DNA of 64,000 nt, from NCBI GenBank assembly GCA_041659805.1, contig JBAZXP010000001.1:128589-192588 (forward strand). Direction: 5' to 3'. Below, in pieces: positions 39,120 through 49,493 of this stretch. Under the pieces are notes generated by a model, which ran no database searches, was not told the origin of the DNA, and was given only the letters and a program-made list of their open reading frames with translations. Positions within the stretch are counted from its first letter, which is position 1, and each line of letters starts with the position of its first letter. A program made the translations under genes and the position numbers. This stretch comes from Microgenomates group bacterium (GTDB lineage Bacteria; Patescibacteriota; Microgenomatia; Daviesbacterales; UBA10151).

Positions 39120-39323
39120 CTATTTTAGGAGTGAGGAGATTAAAATTGTGATAGTAATTGAGATTACGATAGTTGATAAAACTGGGATGTAAAATTTCAT
39201 TCCAATTTTATCTATATAAATATCCCCCCACATATGAAACGGAGCCTTGGTAATAAAATTAAAAAGGAGTGTTTCTAAAGTCCAAACAAGCGCTGTAATT
39301 GTCATAATCCTGTTAAAATCCAT
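39120..39323 (-). CDS. DUF2905-like small membrane protein
   Basis: GDIYID...FYIPVLSTIVISITIT. Confidence 0.65.
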   Translation of the reverse strand: MDFNRIMTITALVWTLETLLFNFITKAPFHMWGDIYIDKIGMKFYIPVLSTIVISITITILISSLLK

Positions 39324-41674
39324 TAAAGAGATGTCCTCCTGTTTATATCTGCTTCAACCGTTGCTACATCCCTGCCATAAGTTAGTCTGGATAGTTCCTT
39401 AATTGCTGCAGCTATTTCCGGTCTTTTCATCCCGTTCCAGGCGTTAAAATCAATGGAAACTTTCATGGAAAAAGGTGGCACTGGTTCACCGTGAACCTGA
39501 GTTTTCATATATACATGCCATGCTTCCACATTTACCAAATCCTGCTCAGAGAATACCGGTGCAAATTCGTGCTGCAGGAAATTGGCGTCAGTCACACCAA
39601 CTCTGTAAGAAATAACAGTACCCACATTTCCAAAGATGGCATTTTTAATATCTTCCGGCATCTGACCAATAAACTGATTAGCCACAATCAGGTCTAATTT
39701 ATATTTTCTGGCCTCAGATAAAATGGTGGCAAAAGTGTCGGTGGCAAAATTCTGGAATTCATCTACATAAAGGTAAAACGGCTTTCTTTGCTCCTCCGGA
39801 ATATTGGCCCGGGACATTGCTGCTGCCAAAATCTTTGGTACTAAAATTAGCCCTAAGAAGTTAGAATTTTCCTCCCCCATCATACCTTTGGATAAATTCA
39901 CAATTAAAATTTTTCCTTCATCCATAATCTGACGAAAATTAAATGAAGATTTAGATTGCCCGATGATATTTCGAAGCATTCTGTTGGTGACAAATCTACC
40001 AAATTTGGAAACTGTATAATCCAACACTTCCGATTTATGAAAATCAGCAGTGTGGGCAATCTGGTCTGTCCAATAACGCCTGACTACCGGATCAGTTACA
40101 TGAGGCAATAATTCTTTCACATACTCCGGATCCTGCATAATCCTCATCACTTCTACAAAGGTGTTTCCCTGAACCGACATGACAGTTAACATGGCGTTTC
40201 TAATACCGTGTTCAAACCTAGGCCCAATAATACCGGTTTTATTGGGGTCATAAAGCTTATACATCAAACCAATAATTTCCGTAGTGATAAAATGTTTTTC
40301 ATCCTCAGAGATTGCTTCCATCATGTTCATGCCAAACGGCCTATCGACATCTCCCGGATTAAAATAAATCACATCTTTTGCCCTATGAGGAGGTATCAAA
40401 GACAACATCTCTTCAGCTGCATCTCCGTGGGGATCAATGAAAGCCAAACCTCTACCTGCCATAATATCCTGCAACATTAAGGTTTTTAAGAGCGTTGTTT
40501 TTCCTGTACCGGTACGCCCAATCATATACATGTGTCTCTGGCGATCGTCTTCGGAGATAAAAACAGGCCTTTCTGTTCCCCGGAAGATTGATTTGCCAAG
40601 ATATAATCCTTCTGTGGGGATTTTTTCTGAAGCAGGAGCAGACCTAGCTGCCAACCAATTAATATGTGGCGTGGTAATTTGTTTATTGGGAAAATGATAA
40701 ATTGAGGCAATCTCATCTGAAGTTAAAACAGGAGTTTTGGTAAACATCGGCATATAACGGTAAACAAAATCAGTCATAAATCCTTTTTCTGATTTTACTT
40801 TGGCGCCTGTAAAATTATTATAGGGACCGGAAAATTGCTCAAAAGCAGCTTTAATATTAGAAAGATGAGCTTTGGCGCTTTCTTTACTGGTGGAAGATGT
40901 CACGATTCTGATAGCCACATTAAAACCGGGTTTGGAAATTTTAGTTTCAACGGCTTCCAATTGTTTGGCATCCGGCGGTGGCTTAGGAGCATCGGGCTTG
41001 CCTGGTTCTTTTTCTTTTTTAACAAATTTTTTGCCTGCATCTTTCCATTTATTATCAGCCGGAGCAACAACCATCTGAATGACAGCTCCCTCCCCTGTTT
41101 GCATTTTTGCCAAAGCAGCAGTCAACGATGACAAAGGATCAGTCGGCAAATCTTTATAAGTTTTAATGGGAAAATAGTCAGAACTTTTAAGAGTATACAT
41201 CGCATAGGCAGTCTGTCCTTGTTCTGTAAAAATATTATATTCAGGCATTACTTTGATTTCAGCATCAGGATAAGCTCCATGAACTTGTTTTTCAATTAAA
41301 TCCTGTAAAGATTTAGGTACAGAAATATAAAAGGTAATTGCCTCATGTTGAGCCACAATTTCAAAGGAAAAATGTTGTTGAGGTGTAAGATTCATAAATC
41401 CACCTGATTTACGGACAGAATATAAAGCTGCAATCAGCTGTTCTGTGGCATCAATCTTAATATCGTTATCACGGGTCACAGCCACTTTTATTAATACTGA
41501 ATTCAGTGAATCTTTTTCTCTGTTTCGATCTTTGTACCAAGCCAAAAAATACCTGCCAAAATAAAGAATTAATAAAACTACAGCAGCTAAAGCCAGTCCC
41601 AAAACAATAAACAGCATAAAAGCATTAAATATTTCAGGGATAGGTGTAGTTGTTGTGCTTTCGGTTACTTCCAT
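39323..41674 (-). CDS. Membrane-anchored VirD4/TraG/HerA-like ATPase
   Basis: N-terminal TM, RHMYMIGRTGTGKT, IDPHGD, YVDEFQNF and SEARKY. Confidence 0.85.
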   Translation of the reverse strand: MEVTESTTTTPIPEIFNAFMLFIVLGLALAAVVLLILYFGRYFLAWYKDRNREKDSLNSVLIKVAVTRDNDIKIDATEQLIAALYSVRKSGGFMNLTPQQHFSFEIVAQHEAITFYISVPKSLQDLIEKQVHGAYPDAEIKVMPEYNIFTEQGQTAYAMYTLKSSDYFPIKTYKDLPTDPLSSLTAALAKMQTGEGAVIQMVVAPADNKWKDAGKKFVKKEKEPGKPDAPKPPPDAKQLEAVETKISKPGFNVAIRIVTSSTSKESAKAHLSNIKAAFEQFSGPYNNFTGAKVKSEKGFMTDFVYRYMPMFTKTPVLTSDEIASIYHFPNKQITTPHINWLAARSAPASEKIPTEGLYLGKSIFRGTERPVFISEDDRQRHMYMIGRTGTGKTTLLKTLMLQDIMAGRGLAFIDPHGDAAEEMLSLIPPHRAKDVIYFNPGDVDRPFGMNMMEAISEDEKHFITTEIIGLMYKLYDPNKTGIIGPRFEHGIRNAMLTVMSVQGNTFVEVMRIMQDPEYVKELLPHVTDPVVRRYWTDQIAHTADFHKSEVLDYTVSKFGRFVTNRMLRNIIGQSKSSFNFRQIMDEGKILIVNLSKGMMGEENSNFLGLILVPKILAAAMSRANIPEEQRKPFYLYVDEFQNFATDTFATILSEARKYKLDLIVANQFIGQMPEDIKNAIFGNVGTVISYRVGVTDANFLQHEFAPVFSEQDLVNVEAWHVYMKTQVHGEPVPPFSMKVSIDFNAWNGMKRPEIAAAIKELSRLTYGRDVATVEADINRRTSL

Positions 41675-41677
41675 AAA

Positions 41678-42061
41678 TTATACTGCCTTCTGTTCATCAA
41701 TTTTTTGTTGACGGTAAGATTCCATATTAATGATTTTTTTAGATTCAGTAGATCTATCTGTATCCCCTATTCCTTCTGGCAGCATAGCATTAAATTCTTC
41801 TTTAATATTATCCGTCGTTGATGTTATCTCTGCCTCGCCTTGATTTTCTTCAGTTTGGATCTGTACCACACCCTTTAAAAAATCTTCAATATTGGAAGTA
41901 GCTGCATTTTCTGCTACTTCACCTTGAGGGGTAACATCAGCAACTTTTACCCCAACAGCCTCAGCTATTTCTTGTCTTGTTGTTTCAATGTATTGGCTAT
42001 GACCTACTCCCGGCACAACATTAGTCGACTTTAGAATTTCTGGGTCTGAATTAATTGGCAT
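41678..42061 (-). CDS. Hypothetical acidic protein
   Basis: TATAAT 6 nt before the ATG. Confidence 0.6.
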   Translation of the reverse strand: MPINSDPEILKSTNVVPGVGHSQYIETTRQEIAEAVGVKVADVTPQGEVAENAATSNIEDFLKGVVQIQTEENQGEAEITSTTDNIKEEFNAMLPEGIGDTDRSTESKKIINMESYRQQKIDEQKAV

Positions 42062-42093
42062 ACACCTATTATATATACAATTTGAAAAAGAAG

Positions 42094-43017
42094 TTAGTCC
42101 AGAGTATCCAGGTATTGTTCCACATCCAGGGCTGCTTTAGCACCTGCCCCCACAGCTGTTACCACTTGTCTGTACTTTGGATCTGCCACATCTCCTGCTA
42201 CAAACACACCCTTAACAGATGTTTGTGTTTCCCCTGTTTTAACAACAAAACCTTTTTCGTCTAAATCCACCTGTCCTTTCAAAAAGTCAGTGGCTGGTTT
42301 GTGACCAATCGCTATAAAAACACCTTCAACTTCTAGAGCAGATTCCTCGCCTGTTTGATTATTTTTAATTTTAACTCCGGTTACTTTTTGATCTCCTAAA
42401 ACATCAGTCACCTCTGAGTTAAAAATAAATTTAACATTTTCTTTGGATTTAACCTGTTCCTGCAAAGCTTCCTGAGCTCGTAATGCTTCCCGACGATGAA
42501 CAACTGTTACTTCCGAGGCTATTTTGGATAGATAAACTGCTTCTTTTAAAGCACTGTCTCCTCCACCAACTATTGCTACTTTTTTGCCTTTAAAAAACGG
42601 CCCGTCACAAACTGCACAGGCAGAAACTCCTCTGCCGATTAATTTCATCTCAGACGGCAATCCCATCCAGACAGGAGATGAACCGGTGGCGATAATAACT
42701 GCCTTAGCTTTGAGAGTTTTTGTATCAGTTGTTATTTCGAATGGTTTTTTGGAAAAATCCACTGATTTCACTTCTTCACGCACAAATCTGGTTTCAAATC
42801 TCTCAGCCTGTTTCCAAAAAAGTTGAGCCAGCTCAGGAGCTTTAACTCCTTCCGGAAAACCGGGATAGTCATCAATTTCTGTGGCCAACGATGGTTGCCC
42901 CCCAGGAACACTACCCGCAATCACTAAAGGTTTGAGCTCGCCACGGGCAGCATAAATTGCAGCACAAAGCCCGGCCGGTCCTGACCCGATAATAATTAAT
43001 TTTTCTATTTCTTCCAT
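42094..43017 (-). CDS. trxB: Thioredoxin-disulfide reductase
   Basis: GSGPAG, CAVCD, GGGDSA and AGDV. Confidence 0.96.
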   Translation of the reverse strand: MEEIEKLIIIGSGPAGLCAAIYAARGELKPLVIAGSVPGGQPSLATEIDDYPGFPEGVKAPELAQLFWKQAERFETRFVREEVKSVDFSKKPFEITTDTKTLKAKAVIIATGSSPVWMGLPSEMKLIGRGVSACAVCDGPFFKGKKVAIVGGGDSALKEAVYLSKIASEVTVVHRREALRAQEALQEQVKSKENVKFIFNSEVTDVLGDQKVTGVKIKNNQTGEESALEVEGVFIAIGHKPATDFLKGQVDLDEKGFVVKTGETQTSVKGVFVAGDVADPKYRQVVTAVGAGAKAALDVEQYLDTLD

Positions 43018-43020
43018 TTA

Positions 43021-43284
43021 TTATTTTACCTTTGTACCAGCTGCAGTTGAGGTCTTAGTCTTGGTGGGGGTCGGACTAACTTTACCGCTCTGTGTTGCTT
43101 GAGCTGATGCGCTTCCTATTACCTGACTGGTTGTTGGTGTTGCTTCAATTTTTATAACTGTGGGGGTAGGTGTTACAACAGCCTGATTAGTTAAGGTTTG
43201 AAATTTACCCCTCGTCCACAGCAAAAATACTACCATCAGAAGAATGATCAAAACAATAATTAATATTGTCACATTTCGATTCAT
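43021..43284 (-). CDS. Small membrane-anchored Thr/Pro-rich protein
   Basis: N-terminal TM; SD GGAGGTGA upstream. Confidence 0.65.
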   Translation of the reverse strand: MNRNVTILIIVLIILLMVVFLLWTRGKFQTLTNQAVVTPTPTVIKIEATPTTSQVIGSASAQATQSGKVSPTPTKTKTSTAAGTKVK

Positions 43285-43389
43285 CTGTCCTCACCTCCCT
43301 CTTGGCAGTAGATGCCTTTATTCTAGCCGCTCAACTGATTTTGAGCAAGACCTTGTCCCAACGCAAACTTGGTGGTAACATAGGAAAAC

Positions 43390-43794
43390 ATGAAAAGCTG
43401 GCATATAGTTATTGCAGTAATTATCGTTTTGTCAGGGCTGATATTCTTCTTATCAAAATCAACCAACTCATCAAATAAAGCTACTCTAAACCCCAACGCT
43501 TTAACCTATTTTTGGTCAATAACCTGTCCTCACTGTAAAAATGTAGCTGATTTTTTAAATACCTGGCCAAATACTGATAAACTAAACTTAGATAAAAAAG
43601 AAATCTCTGAAGACCGGACAAATCAAGTATTGTTTACTGAAGCAGGGAAAAAATGTAATATCCCCTCAGATCAAATGGGAGTACCTTTGCTAATAACACC
43701 GGATAATAAATGCATTTCCGGCGATCAACCAGTGATCGAATATTTTAAGAGCCTTTTCCCTGATGCTTCCATTTCAGCCACACCTACGCAATGA
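43390..43794 (+). CDS. Exported glutaredoxin/thioredoxin-fold protein
   Basis: Signal/TM, CPHC and GVP cis-Pro. Confidence 0.8.
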   Translation: MKSWHIVIAVIIVLSGLIFFLSKSTNSSNKATLNPNALTYFWSITCPHCKNVADFLNTWPNTDKLNLDKKEISEDRTNQVLFTEAGKKCNIPSDQMGVPLLITPDNKCISGDQPVIEYFKSLFPDASISATPTQ

Positions 43795-44315
43795 AAAAAA
43801 TAATCACCTTATTTTCTACCTCAACATTTTTGCTCCTAACTTATCTTGCAACAGCCTTACCCGCTAAAGCAGTCTGTCCTGTTTGTACTGTGGCAGTCGG
43901 TGCGGGACTAGGATTATCCAGATATTTTGGTATAGATGATTCCCTCTCAGGAATCTGGGTGGGAGGACTAATTTTATCCACCGCCTTATGGACAGCTGAT
44001 TGGATTCATAAAAGGGGTCTAAAAATAAAAATCAGGGTGATTAATATTGTTTCAATAATTGCGTTTTACGCCTTAACCATTATTCCGCTTTATTATTCAG
44101 GCATAATTGGCCACCCATACAACACAATTTATGGCATGGATAAATTGTTATTTGGCACAATTATCGGTTCCCTTGTTTTTACTTTAGGAATCAGTTTGGA
44201 TAAACTGGCGAGGAAGAAATACGGCAGACAATTTTTTGTCTATCAAAAAGTGGTCTTTCCTGTTGTTTCATTAATGATCATAACTTTAATTTTGTATCTG
44301 GCAATTCATAAATAA
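43791..44315 (+). CDS. Membrane protein with N-terminal CPVC after a signal peptide
   Basis: AKA-VCPVCTVAVGAGLG; 4-5 TM segments. Confidence 0.75.
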   Translation: MKKIITLFSTSTFLLLTYLATALPAKAVCPVCTVAVGAGLGLSRYFGIDDSLSGIWVGGLILSTALWTADWIHKRGLKIKIRVINIVSIIAFYALTIIPLYYSGIIGHPYNTIYGMDKLLFGTIIGSLVFTLGISLDKLARKKYGRQFFVYQKVVFPVVSLMIITLILYLAIHK

Positions 44316-44317
44316 AT

Positions 44318-44860
44318 ATGAGCAAATCCGACGACGTTAAAAATTTACTAAAAAAGGTTGAAGGTGTAACTAAAGAAAAAAAGTTAGACCTTTCCTCTGA
44401 TGAAGATTTATCAATTGCCATCATGAATTTGATTTCAATTGAGGAGCATTTATTTTTTACCTCTCAAAAAACAGGCAAATCTTCTTACCTTGATCTTCTA
44501 AAAGAAGTAAGAGAAATGAGAAAAGATTTGCTCAAAGAAATCATTACAGATTATGAAGGTGAAGTTTGGTGTATTTCCAAACATTTATTGGCTTCATCCA
44601 TGAGGCTGATGGAAGTAGGAACAAAAGAATTAGGAAAAGGCAATAAATCCAAAGCAGAAGGTTTATTTACCAAGGCATATAACCTCTACTCTCTTTTCTG
44701 GGGCATTAATTTAAATATTGTTCACACAGATAATGTTAAAAGAAATGATACTGAGATCAATTTTATGGATGAAAAAACACCGCAAAAAAAATCTTCAGGA
44801 TCTATTTTTGATAAATTAGGTGAGGTTGTTAAAAAAGCAGTTGATTGCTGCAAAGAATAG
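44318..44860 (+). CDS. Hypothetical helical protein ending DCCKE
   Basis: MNLISIEEH, WCISKH and C-terminal CC. Confidence 0.75.
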   Translation: MSKSDDVKNLLKKVEGVTKEKKLDLSSDEDLSIAIMNLISIEEHLFFTSQKTGKSSYLDLLKEVREMRKDLLKEIITDYEGEVWCISKHLLASSMRLMEVGTKELGKGNKSKAEGLFTKAYNLYSLFWGINLNIVHTDNVKRNDTEINFMDEKTPQKKSSGSIFDKLGEVVKKAVDCCKE

Positions 44861-44902
44861 CCTCTTTACTATCCTATAATTCAGGTTTATAATCAATTAC
44901 TA

Positions 44903-45547
44903 ATGAACGATTATCTGAGACCAGGTATTCCGTTAGATGCAAGCACCATACAATTAGTTGGCGCCAGAAACACCCCGCTAAATTTCCAAGCAGATCATTT
45001 ACGTAAAAAGATCCAATTACAAGAATATTTAACTTCTATTGGTATTGATATTCCCTTAAATCCAGATCCAGATCAGGATACTCCAAGAACTTGGTTAGTA
45101 AGAGGAACCCCAAAAACGAATACCTTGTCTGAAAAACATTTATTACCCCAAACTGGTCAATTAGGAACTAAAGGTGTTTTTTTTGGAGAATGCCTTAGCC
45201 CTGTTGTGGTTCCTGATTGGGGTGTCGTCTTTGTTTATCCCAATACGATCACATCCAGGTGGTTAAATATAAAATCCAGAATATTCCAAAAACTAGTCGG
45301 ATATGTTGCTGCAAAAAATCATTGGAACACAGCTAAAATTGGAGAAGGAGCAACCGCCTATGAAACAGTCTATTCTAAATATCCTATTTTTTCACCAACA
45401 GATGGAATATGCACTATCCCAAATGCATTGCCTGTCGATCAAGCGCAACACATAGTTATGGTCGGGCAAGGCAAATATAAAGATAGCGTTTCTGTCAAAT
45501 CATTCCCAGAAGAAATACAAAATAAAATCTCCTTTTTTGCACATTAA
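44903..45547 (+). CDS. Hypothetical protein
   Basis: 214-aa ORF. Confidence 0.6.
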   Translation: MNDYLRPGIPLDASTIQLVGARNTPLNFQADHLRKKIQLQEYLTSIGIDIPLNPDPDQDTPRTWLVRGTPKTNTLSEKHLLPQTGQLGTKGVFFGECLSPVVVPDWGVVFVYPNTITSRWLNIKSRIFQKLVGYVAAKNHWNTAKIGEGATAYETVYSKYPIFSPTDGICTIPNALPVDQAQHIVMVGQGKYKDSVSVKSFPEEIQNKISFFAH

Positions 45548-45564
45548 TTTCCTGAAATAATAAA

Positions 45565-45867
45565 TTACTTACGCATTGTTAGAAGCATTTTGAACTTTTT
45601 TTTAGCTTTTAAGGCATGTGGGATATTGGCAGGCATATGAATTATTTCCCCTATTAAAACATTGTGTTTTTCTCCTGAAATTGTAATTTCAGCCTCACCA
45701 TCAATTATTTGAACCAAAGCTTCAAAGGGAGTGGTATGTTCACTGAGTCCCTGCCCCTCATCAAAAGCAAATAAAGTTATAGTGCCAGATGGTGTTTTTA
45801 AAATTTCCTTACTCACCACAGCATCTTTTTGATATTCAATAGCATTTACTAGATTTAGTGGTTTCAT
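45565..45867 (-). CDS. Cupin domain protein
   Basis: FDEGQGLSEHT...MPANIPHAL. Confidence 0.88.
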   Translation of the reverse strand: MKPLNLVNAIEYQKDAVVSKEILKTPSGTITLFAFDEGQGLSEHTTPFEALVQIIDGEAEITISGEKHNVLIGEIIHMPANIPHALKAKKKFKMLLTMRK

Positions 45868-46748
45868 ATATGAAACTCCTGGCTTATTTTCCAAACACCT
45901 TTTTCTCTGAATGCCGGTATTGTTTGACGACGGGCAGCATTAAGAAGCTTAGAAGTAGATGTTTTATGTTTCCTGGCATAATCTACCAATGGCATTATTA
46001 CCTCCCCTTTTAAATAGGTGTTCCTTTTATGAAAAGATTCTATAAGGGCTAAGCCTAAAATCTTTTCCATAATTTTTGTTTTTTTGTTATCACGGTATTC
46101 TACAAATGCCTGATAATAATCGCGCTTTTCTTTATCACGGATAATTAATATCGGAAATCCAAGTCTTAAGAGCTGGTAATTAATAATTACCCGCCCAATC
46201 CGGCCATTACCATCATTAAATGGATGAATAATTTCAAAATCAAGATGAAACTTAGCAATTTTGTCTAAAAAATAGGAGGAAAAATTACTGGTGTATTCTA
46301 TTAAAGCAGCCTCAATCATCTGATCTATATGTTCTGGAGCAGGAGCAATATGCGTTCCCACCCTAACATATTCACCTTTTTTTCTAAATCGACCGGCAAT
46401 ATCATCATTAATGGCTCCAATCAGCATCTGATGTAATAAAAGAATTACATCCTTACTCATCTCCGCATCTTTTGATTTAGTACGGATGTATTCTATTACT
46501 CTAGCCAGGTTTTTTGTCTCATACACCTCTCTTAAAGAGACATCCCTGGATACTTCCATTTCAAGAAGAATTTTTTCTGTTTCTTTTAGGGTTAACGTTG
46601 AATTTTCAATAGCGTTTGAGTTATATACGCTCTCAGGAATTTCTGACTCATCCAGAAGTTGTAATAAGGACTCTTTTCTTTGACGTAAAGTATCATATTC
46701 TTCTTTGAGTGCTTGAATCAAGGCTTGAGTAGGATTATTGGTAGACAT
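45864..46748 (-). CDS. Fic family protein
   Basis: HPFNDGNGRIGR; N-terminal SNAIEN inhibitory motif. Confidence 0.92.
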   Translation of the reverse strand: MSTNNPTQALIQALKEEYDTLRQRKESLLQLLDESEIPESVYNSNAIENSTLTLKETEKILLEMEVSRDVSLREVYETKNLARVIEYIRTKSKDAEMSKDVILLLHQMLIGAINDDIAGRFRKKGEYVRVGTHIAPAPEHIDQMIEAALIEYTSNFSSYFLDKIAKFHLDFEIIHPFNDGNGRIGRVIINYQLLRLGFPILIIRDKEKRDYYQAFVEYRDNKKTKIMEKILGLALIESFHKRNTYLKGEVIMPLVDYARKHKTSTSKLLNAARRQTIPAFREKGVWKISQEFHI

Positions 46749-46860
46749 AAAAGAATTATATCATATTCACGCTTTTTTGTCAAAAATACGTGAATTTAAT
46801 CTAAAAATGCCTTCCATTCACGCTTTTTTATAGTATCTATAACATGATATAATTAATTTG

Positions 46861-47319
46861 ATGGACAAAGCAGATCTAACAAAATTTCTAATTGAGGCTA
46901 GAAAAAATACTTATGCTTCTTCTGGTGGTAAAGTTGAACCAGTTTTTCCAGGGTCAGAACAACTGGAATATAAAAAAGATAACTGGCTTTACAGAGATAT
47001 TTTTAACATTGGTAATGGTATTTTCATGGGCCTTGAAACTGTTTATTTTGAGGATAAACCAGTTTTATCTGTCAGTTATTATGGAAACTTTAAAAGTATT
47101 ACTGAGGAAGAAACAGATAATATTTTAAGAAAAGCTTTAATGGAAAATTCAGATACTGTTAGGTTGTGGAATGATGTGGAATGGACATCTGGAAATTATA
47201 AATATACCTGTACCATAGATGCACCAGGCAGTATTGATGAATTTACTGGTTCAGAAAGTATTACAAAAGACGGAAAACAAGTTTACTTCTTCTTTTACGC
47301 TGGTGGCTTTATTGGCTAA
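46861..47319 (+). CDS. DUF5680-like protein
   Basis: FLIEARKNTYA, YRD, GLETVY and GSESI. Confidence 0.7.
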   Translation: MDKADLTKFLIEARKNTYASSGGKVEPVFPGSEQLEYKKDNWLYRDIFNIGNGIFMGLETVYFEDKPVLSVSYYGNFKSITEEETDNILRKALMENSDTVRLWNDVEWTSGNYKYTCTIDAPGSIDEFTGSESITKDGKQVYFFFYAGGFIG

Positions 47320-47654
47320 ACTTTCTTATGTTGTTCTGGGAACCAAGCTGGGGTACATGGAACAAACATAGTTAAATTGCCTTCCCAAAAATATTTTTCA
47401 TTTGGTTCTATTAAAACCAAATCTCCTTCTTTCAGGTTAATTTCATTATCCTCTACTATCACTTTCCCATTTCCTTTTATAATATAAGCCATTTCTTTAC
47501 ATTCTAAATTTACTACTCTGCCTGAATCAGGATATCTGCCGGAAACTTCTACCACTGCACCATTAATATCCTTGTCCCCTATTGGGTACTCGTAAGCTGT
47601 GCAAAGAGCACTATTTTCATGTCTTTTTACATCTTCCTTTTTAACAATTTTCAT
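47316..47654 (-). CDS. Cupin domain protein
   Basis: EMAYIIKGNG...GDLVLIEPNEKY..CTPAW. Confidence 0.8.
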   Translation of the reverse strand: MKIVKKEDVKRHENSALCTAYEYPIGDKDINGAVVEVSGRYPDSGRVVNLECKEMAYIIKGNGKVIVEDNEINLKEGDLVLIEPNEKYFWEGNLTMFVPCTPAWFPEQHKKV

Positions 47655-47974
47655 TCTGTAACTTTATTTACTCTTTTAATATTTCTCAGTCCCATAAAAA
47701 GCATAAAAATAAGCACAATTTTGGCTATATAATTACCATTTGGATCTAACAGCGTTTTCATAAAAGGTGAATGGACCTGAAAAATTAGATGGAAGATTAC
47801 TCCAATAGGTAGGGTTAGCCACAACCAGCTGGATCTGGAAATTGAAATATTAAATCTGGCAAATAATTTGGAAAACAAAGGAGCAACCAGAAAAATACCT
47901 ATATATGCTATTAAAGTATCAAAAAGAGTAAAAGGACCTACCCTATATTGTCTTAAAACTTCTATAAACCCCAT
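47651..47974 (-). CDS. Hypothetical membrane protein
   Basis: Three TM segments. Confidence 0.7.
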   Translation of the reverse strand: MGFIEVLRQYRVGPFTLFDTLIAYIGIFLVAPLFSKLFARFNISISRSSWLWLTLPIGVIFHLIFQVHSPFMKTLLDPNGNYIAKIVLIFMLFMGLRNIKRVNKVTE

Positions 47975-47990
47975 AAAGTTATATTAACAG

Positions 47991-48134
47991 TTATCTTATT
48001 ATACCAAGACCAAGAACTCCAATAATAATTAAATAAATAGCAATTAGATAATTAAGAAACTTTGGAAAAATAAGAATCAAAATACCAAAGGCGAGGGACG
48101 CCAAAGGACTTAAATTTGTAGTAGAAAAATCCAT
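47991..48134 (-). CDS. DUF3096-like 47-aa membrane protein (below ORF-track cutoff)
   Basis: MDFSTTNLSPLASLAFGILILIFPKFLNYLIAIYLIIIGVLGLGIIR; SD GGGGGTGA. Confidence 0.8.
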   Translation of the reverse strand: MDFSTTNLSPLASLAFGILILIFPKFLNYLIAIYLIIIGVLGLGIIR

Positions 48135-48169
48135 TTTTTCTCACCCCCTTATTTTTTAGTTGTAATATA

Positions 48170-48643
48170 TCAGGTAGCAATTTGTAAATTTTGCTGTCTT
48201 GATACTTCATCAATTAAAAAAACCTGATTACTTCGTAAGAGTGGAAGATTATCTTTAGTAAAAAAACCATATTCAGATATTTCATGAGTTGGCTTAAATT
48301 CTCCACCAATCAAAATACCGCTATAGCACATATCTAATCTAGCACTGTCACGATCAGTGCGGGTTTTTAATGATTCATCAACGCTTACTACTAGGCCTGA
48401 CTCCTCTTTTATTTCTCTCTCAAGTGCTTCACGAGGATGCTCCCCTGCTTTTAAATACCCTCCAGGTAAACTCCAAGCATGTGATCTGTAAACATGCTTA
48501 AAAAGAAGGATTTCCTTTTTATCATTAAAAATTATCCCAGTAACTCCAACTAAAAATTGATCCTGAAAAAAACGCATAATAAATAATTGTAGATTTTTAG
48601 ATAAATGCAGAGCTTTCCAGAGTTTGGCAAGTAACGTTTTCAT
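48170..48643 (-). CDS. Nudix hydrolase
   Basis: PGGYLKAGEHPREALEREIKEESG. Confidence 0.9.
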   Translation of the reverse strand: MKTLLAKLWKALHLSKNLQLFIMRFFQDQFLVGVTGIIFNDKKEILLFKHVYRSHAWSLPGGYLKAGEHPREALEREIKEESGLVVSVDESLKTRTDRDSARLDMCYSGILIGGEFKPTHEISEYGFFTKDNLPLLRSNQVFLIDEVSRQQNLQIAT

Positions 48644-48984
48644 AAAGCATTTTTGTCTTCTACTACCGCACCTGAATCATGTCCTAATTTTTCATTTTCC
48701 AATTCTAATTGGTGAACCCGCTTGGTTAACTCCAATACCTCATCCTTATTTTCTTTGATTTCATTATCTTTGCCCCGAAGTGTAAAAGAGGTAGAAATTT
48801 CACGCACAAGATAAATCACATAAGATAATACCAACCCCACTACCAGTGAGCTGACAATGACATAAAATAATGGAATGTTTAAAAAAGTATACAACCCTAA
48901 ATTAACTGATACAGGTATAAAATTATATTGCGATATATAAACCAAGATTGATCCAACAACCAAAAGTAAAATTAAAATTAACAT
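48640..48984 (-). CDS. LapA-like membrane protein
   Basis: Two TM segments, QYNFIPVSVNL and C-terminal coiled coil. Confidence 0.7.
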   Translation of the reverse strand: MLILILLLVVGSILVYISQYNFIPVSVNLGLYTFLNIPLFYVIVSSLVVGLVLSYVIYLVREISTSFTLRGKDNEIKENKDEVLELTKRVHQLELENEKLGHDSGAVVEDKNAL

Positions 48985-49030
48985 AATTGATTATACTCTT
49001 TATACAGTTGGGTATGTGTAGTACGATTTT

Positions 49031-49490
49031 CTACCTGTCCGAATATTTACCTATAAATGGTACAGGGAAATTTTCTTTTAAATATTTAATATACAATTCC
49101 AAATCATCTGCATGATCAAAAGCTATTTGATCAAAATCTGGAAGATTCTCTAAATCAAACCACTCTAATTCTTTAACTTCTTCATCACTTTCCCCTACTT
49201 TACTTTTTGCCTCAGCAATAAAAACAAACTCTATATTCTGACGCTCTCTTTCTGCTGGGCGGTCAGGATTATCTTTGATATGAAGTAATTTTAAATCACC
49301 AACTTCCCAACCACTCTCCTCTTTGACTTCTCTCCTTAAAGCTTGCTCAACAGTCTCATCTCTATTTAGAAAACCTCCAAGAAGTGCCCCTTTTAGCCAA
49401 CAACACCTTATTGTCTTTGACCACAATGGCATTAGTAGTAACATGCCTTAATTTTCCGGTTCCATTATCTTCAAAAGTACAGGTAATCAT
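49031..49490 (-). pseudogene. Nudix hydrolase broken by an internal frameshift/deletion near 49385
   Basis: MITCTFED..LRHVTT..LLAKRGT in one frame; ALLGGF..REVKEESG in another. Confidence 0.75.
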
Positions 49491-49493
49491 GCT

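Noticed and set aside
34020-41674. Integrative conjugative element (tRNAs, tyrosine recombinase, VirD4-like ATPase, TA pair)
   Set aside because: No relaxase or mating-pair genes; the att-like repeats enclose only about 140 bp; the recombinase sits beside ftsB and looks like housekeeping Xer.
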